From Paraspadella gotoi (Eukaryota; Animalia; Chaetognatha): 64,000 nt of DNA. The DNA is taken from the NCBI GenBank assembly GCA_051294375.1, contig CM119264.1, positions 22,717,826 through 22,781,825 of the forward strand, written 5' to 3'. Position 1 is the first letter of the stretch. The number at the start of each line of letters is the position of its first letter. This document shows positions 37,201-51,626 of this stretch, in pieces. The notes under the pieces were generated by a model that saw only the letters and a program-made list of their open reading frames with translations, was not told where the DNA came from and did not search any database. Made by a program: the position numbers and the translations under genes.

Positions 37201-40200
37201 ATGCGAATAAAAATGACACGTAAAGGGTAAAATTTTAGAAATAGTTTAACAGGACGCACCTTGACTTCCGGGTTTAGGCTGCTCCTTCTTCCCCCGCTTT
37301 GGCCCGTTTGCAGGAGAAAGGGGGCAGATCGTCAGGTCTGATTCGCACAGAGAGGTTCGATGCGAGGAGGGGAACCAATTTGCTGATATATTTAAAAAAT
37401 AATTTTTTTTATAGTATCCGAATAACCAAAACGACGGAACTATTGTGCCTATTCTTGGCCGGCTTATTGTTTAACTCTGGGAAGTTCCTTTTGCCTCCGA
37501 TCGCTGGCGACCCGTTTTTACACGAGACTGCAGACGGCGGGCCTCCCGCTTAGGGGCGCCGCTTGGACCGGAAGAAGATTTGTCCTGCTAGGCGCTGTGC
37601 TTCGGCCGCGTGGGATTGGCTGACTGAAAGGTGTAGTATCGTCTGGCGCCTCTTCGTCTTCTAGAGTCGGTCTCGCCCAAGCGGGTGCTTAGAAAGGAGG
37701 GGAGGGGAAGAAATAAGAACTGACTGGCTGCCCTATCTTAAACTATTCTTACTTTTCACACAATATTACGTCACGTCTTTTTTCTCTCTTCTTCTTGTGG
37801 CGTGGTCTTGGAGGATCCGCGTATCTCTCGCTTTTCTTGTGTCGGCTTCTTCTTCTTCTTCTTCTCGTCAGAGAGGCCGAGAGGCGATCCGCTGAGTCTT
37901 CTGAAGTGTTCATGCGACTCGTTGTGGCCATGATTCTTCTTCGTCCACTTCCGGCCCTAGCAACGTCTTTGCCCTTTGCTTGCACGCTTGTGCGGCTCCT
38001 TCTTTCGCGCAACTGGAAAAGAATCAGTTTTTTTATAAATACTTTTTCTACATGCAGACTTTCAAAAAAGACTAATAAAAAATTGCTAATTTTGACAATT
38101 CTCTTATGAAATAACCTCCTACTTTTCTTTTTTGAGCTTCTTCTCCATACATTTCAGCGGCGATCGTTGGGCGCAATACGCCGCGCCGATCGGCGACGGT
38201 TTCGTGTCTCGCACAGCGCGCTGCGGAAGAGAATCGATTTTAGAAATCGGTTGGATTCGATCAAATTCGAGAATAAGTTCACCCGTGAAAAAAAGTTCTT
38301 CGGGGCCCTTCCACCCTTCGTCGCTCTTTTTTTTTTCTTCCGCCCGGTGAGGCTTGCGAACTCCGCAGCGTCGCTCTTCCTCCTCCACCTCGTTAATTTG
38401 GTCGCCAAAGTGTCCAGGTCGTCGGTCCAAGAGATCCGATAGGAAAAGTAAAGTGGATAGCTGATTGAAATTACACTTACTCTAAAACGAAGAAGTTCCT
38501 ACCTTGGAGTTTTGGGCCTTGAGCGCGGGCGAGTTCAGCGCTTTTTGGAATCCGGCGCTGTTGGCAACAGTTTTTGCGCCTTCCTGTTCGCTTTGGTGAG
38601 ATTCCACATTTGCATGCGTCGTCATTCAGATAATCATAGTCAGATGCGCAAACTTTAATCGTCCTCTTTCTTGTCAGGTTCGTTTCCAGATTCTTCCTGC
38701 GTCGAAAAAACGTACACGTGAACACAAATAATAATAACAAGTAAAAATAATTAACTGAGCGGCGGAAAGTCGAAGCTCCGTTTTTTGCTGCGAACTTCCA
38801 CTTCTTGACCGGGTCCCGGATCGTAGCCACCGAGGCAACCAGTGTGTCAATGCATCTTTTGACGAGCCTTGTATTTCTAAATATGTGTAGGTCAAAATAT
38901 CAGGATTAGGCCATACCATCGTTCCACTTTCCAATATGACATATACAAATTGAGAAAGAAAAACAAAGTTTATGTTTTGTTTACAAAAAAGCGAGTTTTA
39001 TTTTTTAAACGGACATGTCCTCGACTCTTTTTTCCAGTCTTTCAGCGCAATGTGAACATATAAAATTTTTGCCAAATGTTTATGATGGAGAGAGAGAGAG
39101 AGAGAGAGAAAACAAAGAATTGAGTAAAGGATAGTGTTGACGGGTGAAGACAGCTGAAGGTTGTAAGGACATTTGAGAATAAGTAGTAAGTACAATAGTA
39201 GTAGTAGTAGTTAGTAGTAGTAGTAGTACACAATAGTATTGAAAAAACTATAAATAACGAATAAATTTAAAATTAAATAAGTATAATTTAAATTTAAAAG
39301 TGTTTAAAGAGTGAAATAAAGTGGAGACATTAAGAGAAGAAAAAGTGAAAAATAAGATAAACCAGTCTCGCTGCAACCAAAATAACGAGTTTTTTCCCTT
39401 CTCGATTTTTCTCCAGATGAATGCTGGCCTGATTGCTAAGTTTGGAGACACTCGCGCGTCAACTCCCCCTCCATGTAAGCCTTTCGTTTGTGGTAAAAAT
39501 TGAGGCGAACCTTCGTGAGAATTCTCTAGAGGATAATGTCGGGGCGAAATCGTACTTGACGATCTCGTGGTTGCCGGTTGAAACAGCAACCATGGAATTG
39601 GCACGTTACAAAGGAAGATTGAACTCGGGAAAAACTAACTCGGTAAAATAATGAATTTAATTTTTGCTAAAATGGCATAATTCGCTTTCCAAATTCCAAA
39701 AACAGAGCGCTTGTGCATGCCTTCGGCTTCGCTCGTACAATTTGTGCCCTTGACATGGTGACGACGAATTTGACCGTCGTAATCTGTGTGATACTTCTTT
39801 GTAGTCGTTGAGGACGGGCTTGAATGCTTGCTCCGTCCCGTGCACCATAGGCCTCGGATTACGTTCTCTTTGTAATTCTGAGTCGCGAGCTCGAGATGGG
39901 GAGCTCGATGATTTCCGACCGGTAGAAATGGAAGATTCATTCCTCTACGACGGCAGATTTTCTGCCCGTTCACCAAGGTAAGAACTGAGGGGGGAAAAGC
40001 ACGTTTAAGGTCAAGATCGCAAGAAGCGAAAAATAATTCCAACTCACTTTCCGCCGATGAATTCAAAGGACCCTGAAAAATTTTTGAAGAAGGGCGTCAT
40101 TGGCTTCGGGTTCTTCGTCCCGAATCATCCTCCGTAGGTTAGAGATGATCTGCGGATCGTAGTTGGGGACTACGGTGCTCCATCGGTGCGCTGATCGCCT

Positions 40201-43200
40201 GCAGAGCGCCGTTCACCCAGTAACCATCGGATGGACAGGAACGTAATAGCGTGGCTCCACAGCCATGTTATGCGTCGCGGATGTATTCTAAGAGTGGGTC
40301 GGTCCTGATTAAAATAATTTTTTTCATGAAACGAGTAAAAAACATCGAAATTATTTAATAATATCGGTAGACTCAGCCTTTGGATGAAAGATAAGCCTCG
40401 TGAGCGACTCATGTGGGTGAAGATGTAACGCGGAGAGGCGGGCGTCTTTGCCGCCGTGTAAACGCGCGTTCCGAACTGACCGCGGCAGGGAAGGCCAGGC
40501 AAGTTGGATATTGTTCGTCCTAACCAAAGTTTGCGGCCATGTTGGATGATGGTGGTCTTAATGGACATTTCGGCCCGTGATGATAAGCCCGAACTTTTCG
40601 CACAGAACCTTGAACAAAGAGTTGAAAGGAAAAAAAATAAAAAAAATTTGCTGAATTCAAACATTTTCGAGACGAAATCTAATTCTTTCCGTAACGGCCA
40701 CGCGCCAATTGAGCACTTTAGCTCCTTGGTTATATTCCTTCTTGATGCAGGTGAAAGACGCTTGCGTTGACCCGGTTTAAATCCGTCGATGGCCGACGGT
40801 AGAGATCTTTCGTTGTCAGAGGTGGAGAATTGAATCAGTTCCTTGGGTTAGGAATTTAAAATAGAATTTCGTAATAACAAGAGAGAATGAGCCCTCCCCT
40901 GATCACAAAATCCCACGAACCCGATTGATAAATTCCGAGAATGTGATCTGAGTTGTTCCTTTTTCATAAAGATAAACGTCGCCCAATCCCATGTCCTTCC
41001 GTCGCGTTCGTTCCTTGAAGTTGTTGGGTGAAAAGGATCCGATTAGACGACAGGAGGAGAAATTATTTCACAGCGCGGAAAAAAAATACCTGCATGAAGT
41101 TGGACAACCATTCCTTTCTTTCGTTAACCTTAAACTTTGAAAAGGCAAGCGGTTATGGCAGAGTCGTCTTCGGCACCAGTGTACTGAATCGGATGGTTCA
41201 TATTTTTAGAGAAAATATAGCTTCTTGAGAGGAACATCCCCACTCCCCCGCCGCCACACAGCCCTGGTTTAGTGGGAATCCCACAATCCAAACCTGAACG
41301 GGATGCGATGGCGTTTCATGTCGGAAAAGTATCTTTCGCTTCTTTAGATGTGCTGGTAGCCCAAACCTAAGGAGAAACCGAAAAAAAAAAGAATTTAAAG
41401 CTCTTAATATAAATATATTTTAGTGAAGAAGCAAGAGCATCTCGCCCGTCACCTTTATAGTACTTGGCCTTCCAAGAAGTCCAGTTGTGGGTGTTTGTCT
41501 TCCACTCCTCGAACTCGGGGAGCGAATAAAAGCAAATTTCTTCTTTCCCTTTGGATACCTTTTAATGGCACATGATTGTGAATTTTAACTTCTACGATTT
41601 AAAACGATTATAAACGACTTCAGTGCATTACCTTTACAATTGGTTGATAAACTCTTCCACGAAATTATATTTTAGTAAATTTGGCCAATGTGGTGGATAA
41701 AATTGATGACTAAACCCTAAAAAAAAAGAATATTCTTACAACGATCTCAACAAATTAACAGCACCTCAACGGGTACAACCTAAAGCAATACTCATGAAAA
41801 ACCTGTAAGCCACCTAAATCATTACATTTTTAAAAGAGACCATCAAATAATAAAGACCTTTATGTGAGATCCGTCGTGATCTTGATCGCCATGATCATGA
41901 TCTTGCCGTAACGCAGAGTTTTCATATCTGCGGGGTTCTCGTATTTTTTCCATAATTGAGGCCGATGATTTTGCAGAGGTTGGATATTTCTGCGTTGTCC
42001 ATCACCTGGAAAGTGAAGACCAACTTTTTCAAAAGCTGAATTTTTAGAAAATAAAGCTAGATTCGTGATGATGTCGATCGGCTACTGGCCTGCTTGTGCG
42101 TGGCCTCTCGCACGTTAAGCAGTTTGCCCTTGAGCGGGAAAACGCCGTAACGATCGCGTCCGATGATTCCAAGCCCTGCGACGGCCAAGGCCTTAGCGAG
42201 TCTCCCTCCGTGAGAATCAGCGTGCAGTCACCGGAGTTCTTAGTTCCGGCGTCGTTGGCGTCGTCCAGCTTTGGAATTCCTGCGAAGAAGACGTAATAAA
42301 AGGCGAAAATAAAAAGTCATTATATTTTTGTAAGCAGTTGTGAATATAGTTCACCTTTGAGCTTTTGAATGCTTAGCGCCTGATGCAGTTTTCTGGAGCT
42401 GCGTTTGCTGTTTGAACCGCATCCACTGCATAATTCCCTCGACGATTCCACACTTCGCTACAGAGTTGGTGAACTTCTCGGACATCACGCATTTCGAGCC
42501 GAAGCTCTTCACTGAACATTTAACAATAAAGAAAATATTGTAAAAATAAAGTATCGAATTAATAAGTCTGGATTAGACAATAGACATCCTGCTTTTCAAT
42601 CAATCCGAGGAGCGATGAAAAAAATTATATTCAGATAAAAAAAAAAACAAACTAATTAACATTGCATTGCACAACTCGAACCTGTAGAGTCATGTTTTCT
42701 TTCGTTTGGGAATCGAATGTTGGGTTAACGATCTGACAATTAATGAAGACCCACATGTGATTTTTGATCTGAAAGGGCTTAATGTTGATGTTAGATCCTT
42801 TCTTTTCTTTTTTCTTGACAACTTCGACAAGCTGCTTGCCAAGAAGCTCAGTCACGTGATCCACGTGACGCCCTCCCTTTGTCGTAGCATGCTGGTAAAA
42901 ATATCAATGACGAGAAATACTTTTAATAAAATAAAACTTTTTAATTCTTTTAGTTTTAATCAATTTTAATCCAGCAAAACCTGTTAACAAAGCTGACTTG
43001 CTGAAATCCCTTGTCGGATGCAGCACATGCCACGTGCCACCGAGGGCCGCATTGCTCGTACACGATGCTCAAGCTTTTTCCGTCCTCATCTTTGTACGTC
43101 TTTGTGTAAAGGTTAACGTAATCCTGAAAAATAATCGCGGACAAGTTTAATGGGGGAAAAAATTAAATAGAATCATAAATAATTAATCATCATCTTTGAC

Positions 43201-46200
43201 CCTTCATCATCTTGGACCAAGCATCATCTTGGACCAATGCCATCATCATGGTAAAACCAACCCATTTCAATATTCGCGTTTTAAATAACCACACTGACAT
43301 TTTTTTCTGCTGCACTAACTACTTGAAACACCTTGAAAGTCTTTAAGTTAATCTTCTTGCGTTGAGGAAAACGGCGAGTCCGGGCGTCGTTCCGGCGACG
43401 TCATAAGCGCGGCGAGACAGAAGAGCGACGGTGTCGGCATCCAGCGTCGCCATTTTGAATTTGGGGAGATCGGGGAGAAGGAGATACAAGTGAAGTCTTC
43501 CTTGCCTAGAAAAAGTAAAGAAAAATTAGAAAGAATAAGGAAAAACACTAATAATAAATAAAGAACCTTTATAGTCGGGTAATCTTGGGTTGCTGGGCTT
43601 TGGTCATGTTCTTGCCCACGACTGGCGAAAAAACTTGTTGCCTTGCTCTTTACACTGCGTCTCTACAGTGAACTTGGTGCTAAAGATGTTAGCCAACTTG
43701 GCGCCGTAGCCGTTGCGGCCGCCAGTGACTTTTTCCTCTTCGTCATTATAATTGCTCGACGTCAACAGGTGCCCGAAAATCATCGTTGCCACGAACATCT
43801 GTTGGGAACAACTCGGATAAACATATCGCACTTTTGTTTTGAGGTAGAATTTTGTTTGTTTCTTATTTCGGTGATGGTACAATGAAAATACAATTAAGTG
43901 GATATCCGAGACCCTTTAAAATAAGGAACAGAGGAGAGGCATCATGATATCAAGAAAGATTTTCAATAAAACCAATAAATTATTAACTCATCAACGACGT
44001 CACAAACCAAGCCAGAGATCAAGCGTATTGAAGGTATAGAAAACGGACAAAAATAGGAAAAATGCCTATATTAACAAGGAGAAATACATTTGCTGATTTT
44101 CGCTTTTACCCAAGCTAAAATTAAAATTAAGAATTATCAATGAGTTTTGACATCTCAAAATTTAAAGAATGATAAATTGTTAAATCCGTCTTGACTTTCA
44201 GGCAAAGCCATACCTTCTCATCCTTGTGCTCGACTACAGGATTCCTTTGCCATTGTTCCAAACTTTGATCTCGTTCGCCTCTGGATTGATAGTTATCTTG
44301 ATGCAGCTCATCGAAGGATCGCGGACTTTGTTATCGGCCGCATTGACCAGAATTTCTCAAAGATTTTGTATAATCCGGCACGAACGTTATTTCCCGCTGA
44401 AAGCAAAACAAAATTTCTCTTCCAATATATAATAAACAATAGTAACCATCAATCATTAATTATACACTAAAACAAAATATCAAGCTGATTTAATTACCTG
44501 CACCATCGATTCAGAGGTGTCGTCAAAAACCCATTGTTTCTCGGTAACAGTCTCTACACTTCCGATGTATGAATCAGCGGTCTAGATTTTAAACATAACA
44601 GCACAAAAATTAATTTAAAATAAATATATGAAATTGGTACAACCAATATAATATATTATATAATATATTATTCATATATTATAATATAATATATATATAA
44701 TATATACAGAAGGCTTCATATTATAAAAATGAGGTACCCCTTTTTTGTGACCAAAATCTGTTCCCACCAAACTACGATCGAATTTCATGAAATTTTAACA
44801 TATAGAGTCTTAATGACGATATAAATGGAACTATCGAAGCAAATTTTGATATTCAACCCTGACAAGAGATACAGGGCCCTGGGTTGGACCCCTGGGCGGC
44901 CAAAAAAGGCAAAACATTTTTTTTCGCCATTTTTTCAAATTATTTAGTAGCATCAGGTGCATTAACGTTTTAAACATATAAAAACATAATTTAGAACTAA
45001 AAATTGATAAATTTTCAATAAATAAGCTTGTTTGAAGATGCATGGTTCATCGTTTTACTTTACATTTTCCCAAATTATTACAAATCTAACTTGAACTGCT
45101 TGTGATCATGAAGCTGAAAGTTAGGTAAACAAATATTTTTGTGGTAATAATATGTTTTTTGTGGAAGAGTAAACGTCTGTGCATCTGTTCAAAATAAAAA
45201 TAATTTAAAAAATTTAATAAAGAATCGCATAAAAAAACCGGGATTAAAAATTGAGAAAGAAAATTAATCTATAAACAGAAAGAAAAATTATATTTTATAA
45301 ATTTAGGAAAAAAGTTAATTTGGATTGTAGCAACAAATTTTTGACAGATAAGTCAGACATTTTTTGACTCTTAAGTTTTAGAGCTCTTTCTCAGCGAGTG
45401 ATTTTACAAAAANNNNNNNNNNNNNNNNNNNNNNNNNGTCAAAAATTTGTTGCTACAATCCAAATAAACTTTTTTCCAAAATTTATAAAATATAATTTTT
45501 CTTTCTGTTTCACGGTTCCTTTTTACATCGATTTAATCCTTATGCTTTTTAAAATTTTTTAAATTATTTTTATTTTGAACAGATGCACAGACGTTTACTC
45601 TTCCACAAAACATATTATATACCACAAAAATATTTGTTTACCTTAACTTTCAGCTTCATGATCACAAGCAGTTCAAGTTAGATTTGTAATAATTTGGGAA
45701 AATTGAAAGTAAAACGATGAACCATGCATCTTCAAACAAGCTTATTATTGAAAATTTATCAATTTTAGTTCTAAATTATGTTTTATATGTTTAAAACGTT
45801 AATGCACCTGATGCTACTAAATAATTTTAAAAAATGGAAAAAAAATGTTTTGCCTTTTTTGGCCGCCCAGGGGTCCAACCCCAGGGCCCTGTATCTCTTG
45901 TCAGGGGTTGAATATCAAAATTTGCTTCGATAGTTCCATTTATATCGTCATTAAGACTCTATATGTAAAATTTCATGAAATTCGATCGGTAGTTTGGTGG
46001 AACAGATTTTGGTCACAAAAAAGGGGTACCTCATTTTATAATATGAAGCCTTCTGTATATATTATATAATATATTATATTATAATATATGAAATAATATA
46101 TTATATAATATATTATTGGTTGTACCAATTTCATATATTTATTTAAATTAATTTTTGTGCTGTTATGTTTTAAAATCTAGACCGGATTCATACATCGGAA

Positions 46201-49200
46201 GTGTAGAGACTGTTACCGAGAAACAATGGGTTTTTGACGACACCTCTGAATCGATGGTGCAGGTAATTAAATCAGCTTGATATTTTGTTTTAGGTTATAA
46301 TTAATGATTGATGGTTACTATTGTTTATTATATATTGGAAAAGAAATTTTTGTTTGCTTTCAGCGGGAAATAACGTTCGTGCCCGGATTATACAAAATCT
46401 TTGACGAAATTCTGGTCAATGCGGCCGATAACAAAGTCCGCGATCCTTCGATGAGCTGCATCAAGATAACTATCAATCCAGAGGCGAACGAGATCAAAGT
46501 TTGGAACAATGGCAAAGGAATTCCTGTAGTCGAGCACAAGGATGAGAAGGTATGGCTTTGCCTGAAAGTCAAGACGGATTTTAACAATTTATCATTCTTT
46601 AAATTTTGAGATGTACAAAACTCATTGATAATTCTTAATTTTAATTTTTAGCTTGGGTAAAAGCGAAAAATCAGCAAATGTATTTCTCCTTGTTAATATA
46701 GGCATTTTCTCCTATTTTTGTCCGTTTTCTATACCTTCAATACGCTTGATCTCTGGCTTGGTTTGTGACGTCGTTGATGAGTTTAATAATTTGATTGGTT
46801 TTATTGAAAATCTTTCTTGATATCATGATGCCTCTCCTCTGTTCCTTTATTTTAAAGGGTCTCGGATATCCACTTAATTGTATTTTCATTGTACCATCAC
46901 CGAAATAAGAAACAAACAAAATTCTACCTCAAAACAAAAGTGCGATATGTTTATCCGAGTTGTTCCCAACAGATGTTCGTGGCAACGATGATTTTCGGGC
47001 ACCTGTTGACGTCGAGCAATTATAATGACGAAGAGGAAAAAGTCACTGGCGGCCGCAACGGCTACGGCGCCAAGTTGGCTAACATCTTTAGCACCAAGTT
47101 CACTGTAGAGACGCAGTGTAAAGAGCAAGGCAACAAGTTTTTTCGCCAGTCGTGGGCAGAGAACATGACCAAAGCCCAGCAACCCAAGATTACCGACTAT
47201 AAAGGTTCTTTATTTATTATTAGTGTTTTTCCTTATACTTTCTAATTTTTCTTTACTTTTTTCTAGGCAAGGAAGACTTCACTTGTATCTCCTTCTCCCC
47301 CGATCTCCCCAAATTCAAAATGGCGACGCTGGATGCCGACACCGTCGCTCTTCTGTCTCGCCGCGCTTATGACGTCGCCGGAACGACGCCCGGACTCGCC
47401 GTTTTCCTCAACGGCAAGAAGATTAACTTAAAGACTTTCAAGGTGTTTCAAGTAGTTAGTGCAGCAGAAAAAAATGTCAGTGTGGTTATTTAAAACGCGA
47501 ATATTGAAATGGTTGGTCCATGATGATGATTGGTCCAAGATGATGCTTGGTCCAAGATGATGAAGGGTCAAAGATGATGATTAATTATTTATGATTCTAT
47601 TTAATTTTTTCCCCATTAAACTTGTCCGCGATTATTTTTCAGGATTACGTTAACCTTTACACAAAGACGTACAAAGATGAGGACGGAAAAAGCTTGAGCA
47701 TCGTGTACGAGCAATGCGGCCCTCGGTGGCACGTGGCATGTGCTGCATCCGACAAGGGATTTCAGCAAGTCAGCTTTGTTAACAGGTTTTGCTGGATTAA
47801 AATTGATTAAAACTAAAAGAATTAAAAAGTTTTATTTTATTAAAAGTATTTCTCGTCATTGATATTTTTACCAGCATCGCTACGACAAAGGGAGGGCGTC
47901 ACGTGGATCACGTGACTGAGCTTCTTGGCAAGCAGCTTGTCGAAGTTGTCAAGAAAAAAGAAAAGAAAGGATCTAACATCAACATTAAGCCCTTTCAGAT
48001 CAAAAATCACATGTGGGTCTTCATTAATTGTCAGATCGTTAACCCAACATTCGATTCCCAAACGAAAGAAAACATGACTCTACAGGTTTACGAGTTTGTG
48101 CAATGCAATGTTAATTAGTTTTTTGTTTTTTTTATCTGAATATAATTTTTTTCATCGCTCCTCGGATTGATTGAAAAGCAGGATGTCTATTGTCTAATCC
48201 AGACTTATTAATTCGATACTTTATTTTTACAATATTTTCTTTATTGTTAAATGTTCAGTTGAAGAGCTTCGGCTCGAAATGCGTGATGTCCGAGAAGTTC
48301 ACCAACTCTGTAGCGAAGTGTGGAATCGTCGAGGGAATTATGCAGTGGATGCGGTTCAAACAGCAAACGCAGCTCCAGAAAACTGCATCAGGCGCTAAGC
48401 ATTCAAAGCTCAAAGGTGAACTATATTCACAACTGCTTACAAAAATATAATGACTTTTTATTTTCGCCTTTTATTACGTTCTTCTTCGCAGGAATTCCAA
48501 AGCTGGACGACGCCAACGACGCCGGAACTAAGAACTCCGGTGACTGCACGCTGATTCTCACGGAGGGAGACTCAGCTAAGGCCTTGGCCGTCGCAGGGCT
48601 TGGAATCATCGGACGCGATCGTTACGGCGTTTTCCCGCTCAAGGGCAAACTGCTTAACGTGCGAGAGGCCACGCACAAGCAGGCCAGTAGCCGATCGACA
48701 GTCATCACGAATCTAGCTTTTATTTTCTAAAAATTCAGCTTTTGAAAAAGTTTGTCTTCACTTTTCCAGGTGATGGACAACGCAGAAATATCCAACCTCT
48801 GCAAAATCATCGGCCTCAATTATGGAAAAAAATACGAGAACCCCGCAGATATGAAAAATCTGCGTTACGGCAAGATCATGATCATGGCCGATCAAGATCA
48901 CGACGGATCTCACATAAAGGTCTTTATTATTTGATGGTCTCTTTAAAAATGTAATGATTTAGGTGGCTTACAGGTTTTTCATGAGTATTGCTTTAGGTTG
49001 TACCCGTTGAGGTGCTGTTAATTTGTTGAGATCGTTGTAAGAATATTCTTTTTTTTTTAGGGTTTAGTCATCAATTTTATCCACCACAATTGGCCAAATT
49101 TACTAAAATATAATTTCGTGGAAGAGTTTATCACACCAATTGTAAAGGTAATGCACTGAAGTCGTTTTATAATCGTTTTAAATCGTAGAAGTTAAAATTC

Positions 49201-51476
49201 ACAATCATGTGCCATTAAAAGGTATCCAAAGGGAAAGAAGAAATTTGCTTTTATTCGCTCCCCGAGTTCGAGGAGTGGAAGACAAACACCCACAACTGGA
49301 CTTCTTGGAAGGCCAAGTACTATAAAGGTGACGGGCGAGATGCTCTTGCTTCTTCACTAAAATATATTTATATTAAGAGGCTTTAAATTCTTTTTTTTTT
49401 TCGGTTTCTCCTTAGGTTTGGGTACCAGCACATCTAAAGAAGCGAAAGAATACTTTTCCGACATGAAACGCCATCGCATCCCGTTCAGGTTTGGATTGTG
49501 GGATTCCCACTAAACCAGGGCTGTGTGGCGGCGGGGGGAGTGGGGATGTTCCTTCCAAGAAGCTAATATTTTCTCTAAAAATATGAACCATCCGATTCAG
49601 GTACACTGGTGCCGAAGACGACTCTGCCATAACGCTTGCCTTTTCAAAGTTTAAGGTTAACGAAAGAAAGGAATGGTTGTCCAACTTCATGCAGGTATTT
49701 TTTTTCCGCGCTGTGAAATAATTTCTCCTCCTGTCGTCTAATCGGATCCTTTTCACCCAACAACTTCAAGGAACGAACGCGACGGAAGGACATGGGATTG
49801 GGCGACGTTTATCTTTATGGAAAAGGAACAACTCAGATCACATTCTCGGAATTTATCAATCGGGTTCGTGGGATTTTGTTGATCAGGGGGGGCTCATTCT
49901 CTCTTGTTATTACGAAATTCTATTTTAAATGTCACTAACCCAAGGAACTGATTCAATTCTCCACCTCTGACAACGAAAGATCTCTACCGTCGGCCATCGA
50001 CGGATTTAAACCGGGTCAACGCAAGGTCCTTTTCACCTGCATCAAGAGGAATATAACCAAGGAGCTCAAAGTTGCTCAATTGGCGGGTGGGTTACGAAAG
50101 AATTAGATTCGTCTCGAAAAATGTTTGAATTGCAAATTTTTTAATTTTTTTTTCCTTTCAACTCTTTGTTTCAAGGTTCCGTTGCGGAAAAGTCGGCTTA
50201 TCATCACGGCGAAATGTCATTAATGACCACCATCATCAACATGGCGCAAAACTTTGTTGGGACGAACAATATCAACTTGCTGGTTCCCTGCGGTCAGTTC
50301 GGAACGCGGTTACACGGCGGCAAAGACGCCGCCTCTCCGCGTTACATCTTCACCCACATGAGTCCGCTCACGAGGCTTATCTTTCATCCAAAGGTGAGTT
50401 ACCGATAATTATAAATAATTCATGTTTTTTATGTTTCATAAAAAAAATTATTTAATCAGGACGACCCACTCTTAGAATACATCCGCGACGATAACATGCT
50501 TGTGGAGCCACGCTATTACGTTCCTGTCATCCCGATGGTACTGGTGAACGGCGCTGAGGGCATCGGCACCGGATGGAGCACCCGTGTCCCCAACTACGAT
50601 CCGCGCCAGATCATCTCTAACCTACGGAGGATGATTCGGGACGAAGAACCCGAGCCAATGACGCCCTTCTTCAAAAATTTTCAGGGGTCCTTTGAATTCA
50701 TCGGCGGAAAGTGAGTTGGAATTATTTTTCGCTTTGCGATTTGACTCTTAAACGTGGCTTTTCCCCCCTCAGTTCTTACCTGGTGAACGGAGAAATCTCC
50801 GTCGTAGAGGAAGAATCTTCCATTTCTAAGGTGGAAATCATCGAGCTCCCCATTCGAGTCTGGACTCAGAATTACAAAGAGAACGTAATCGAGCCTATGG
50901 TGCACGGGACGGAGAAGATCAAGCCCGTCCTCAACGACTACAAAGAGTATCACACAGATACGACGGTCAAATTCGTCGTCACCATGTCAAGGGACAAATT
51001 GTACGAGGCCGAAGCCGAAGGCATGCACAAGGTCTGTTTGGAATTTGGAAAGGAATATGCCATTAGCAAAAATTAAATTCATATTTTTTACCGAGTTTAG
51101 TTTTTCCGAGTTCAATCTTCCTTGACGTGCAATTCCATGGTGCTGTTCAACCGCAACCACGAGATCGTCAAGTACGATTCGCCCGACATTATCCTTAGAG
51201 AATTCTACGAGGTTCGCCTCAATTTTTACCACAAACGAAAGGCTTACATGGAGGGGGAGTTGACGGCCGAGTGTCTCAAACTTAGCAATCAGGCCAGATT
51301 CATCCTGGAGAAAATCGAAGGAAAACTCGTTATTGGTGAGCGAGACTGGTTTATCTTATTTTTCACTTTTTCTTCTCTTAATGTCTCACTATTTCACTCT
51401 TTAAACACTTTTAATTTAAATTATACTTATTTAATTTTAAATTTCGTTATTTTAGTTTTTCAATTTACTATTGTTG

Positions 51477-51511
<35 letters not shown>

Positions 51512-51589
51512 TTGTACTACTACTTATTCTCAAATGTCCTTACTACCTTCAGCTGTCTTCACCCTCAACACTATCCTTTACTCAATTCT

Positions 51590-51626
<37 letters not shown>

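Noticed and set aside
36402-45345. A second, functional Top2 paralogue on the minus strand
   Set aside because: It lacks exons 1-2 and the last exon, has many frameshifts, shares near-identical introns and mirrors about an assembly gap.
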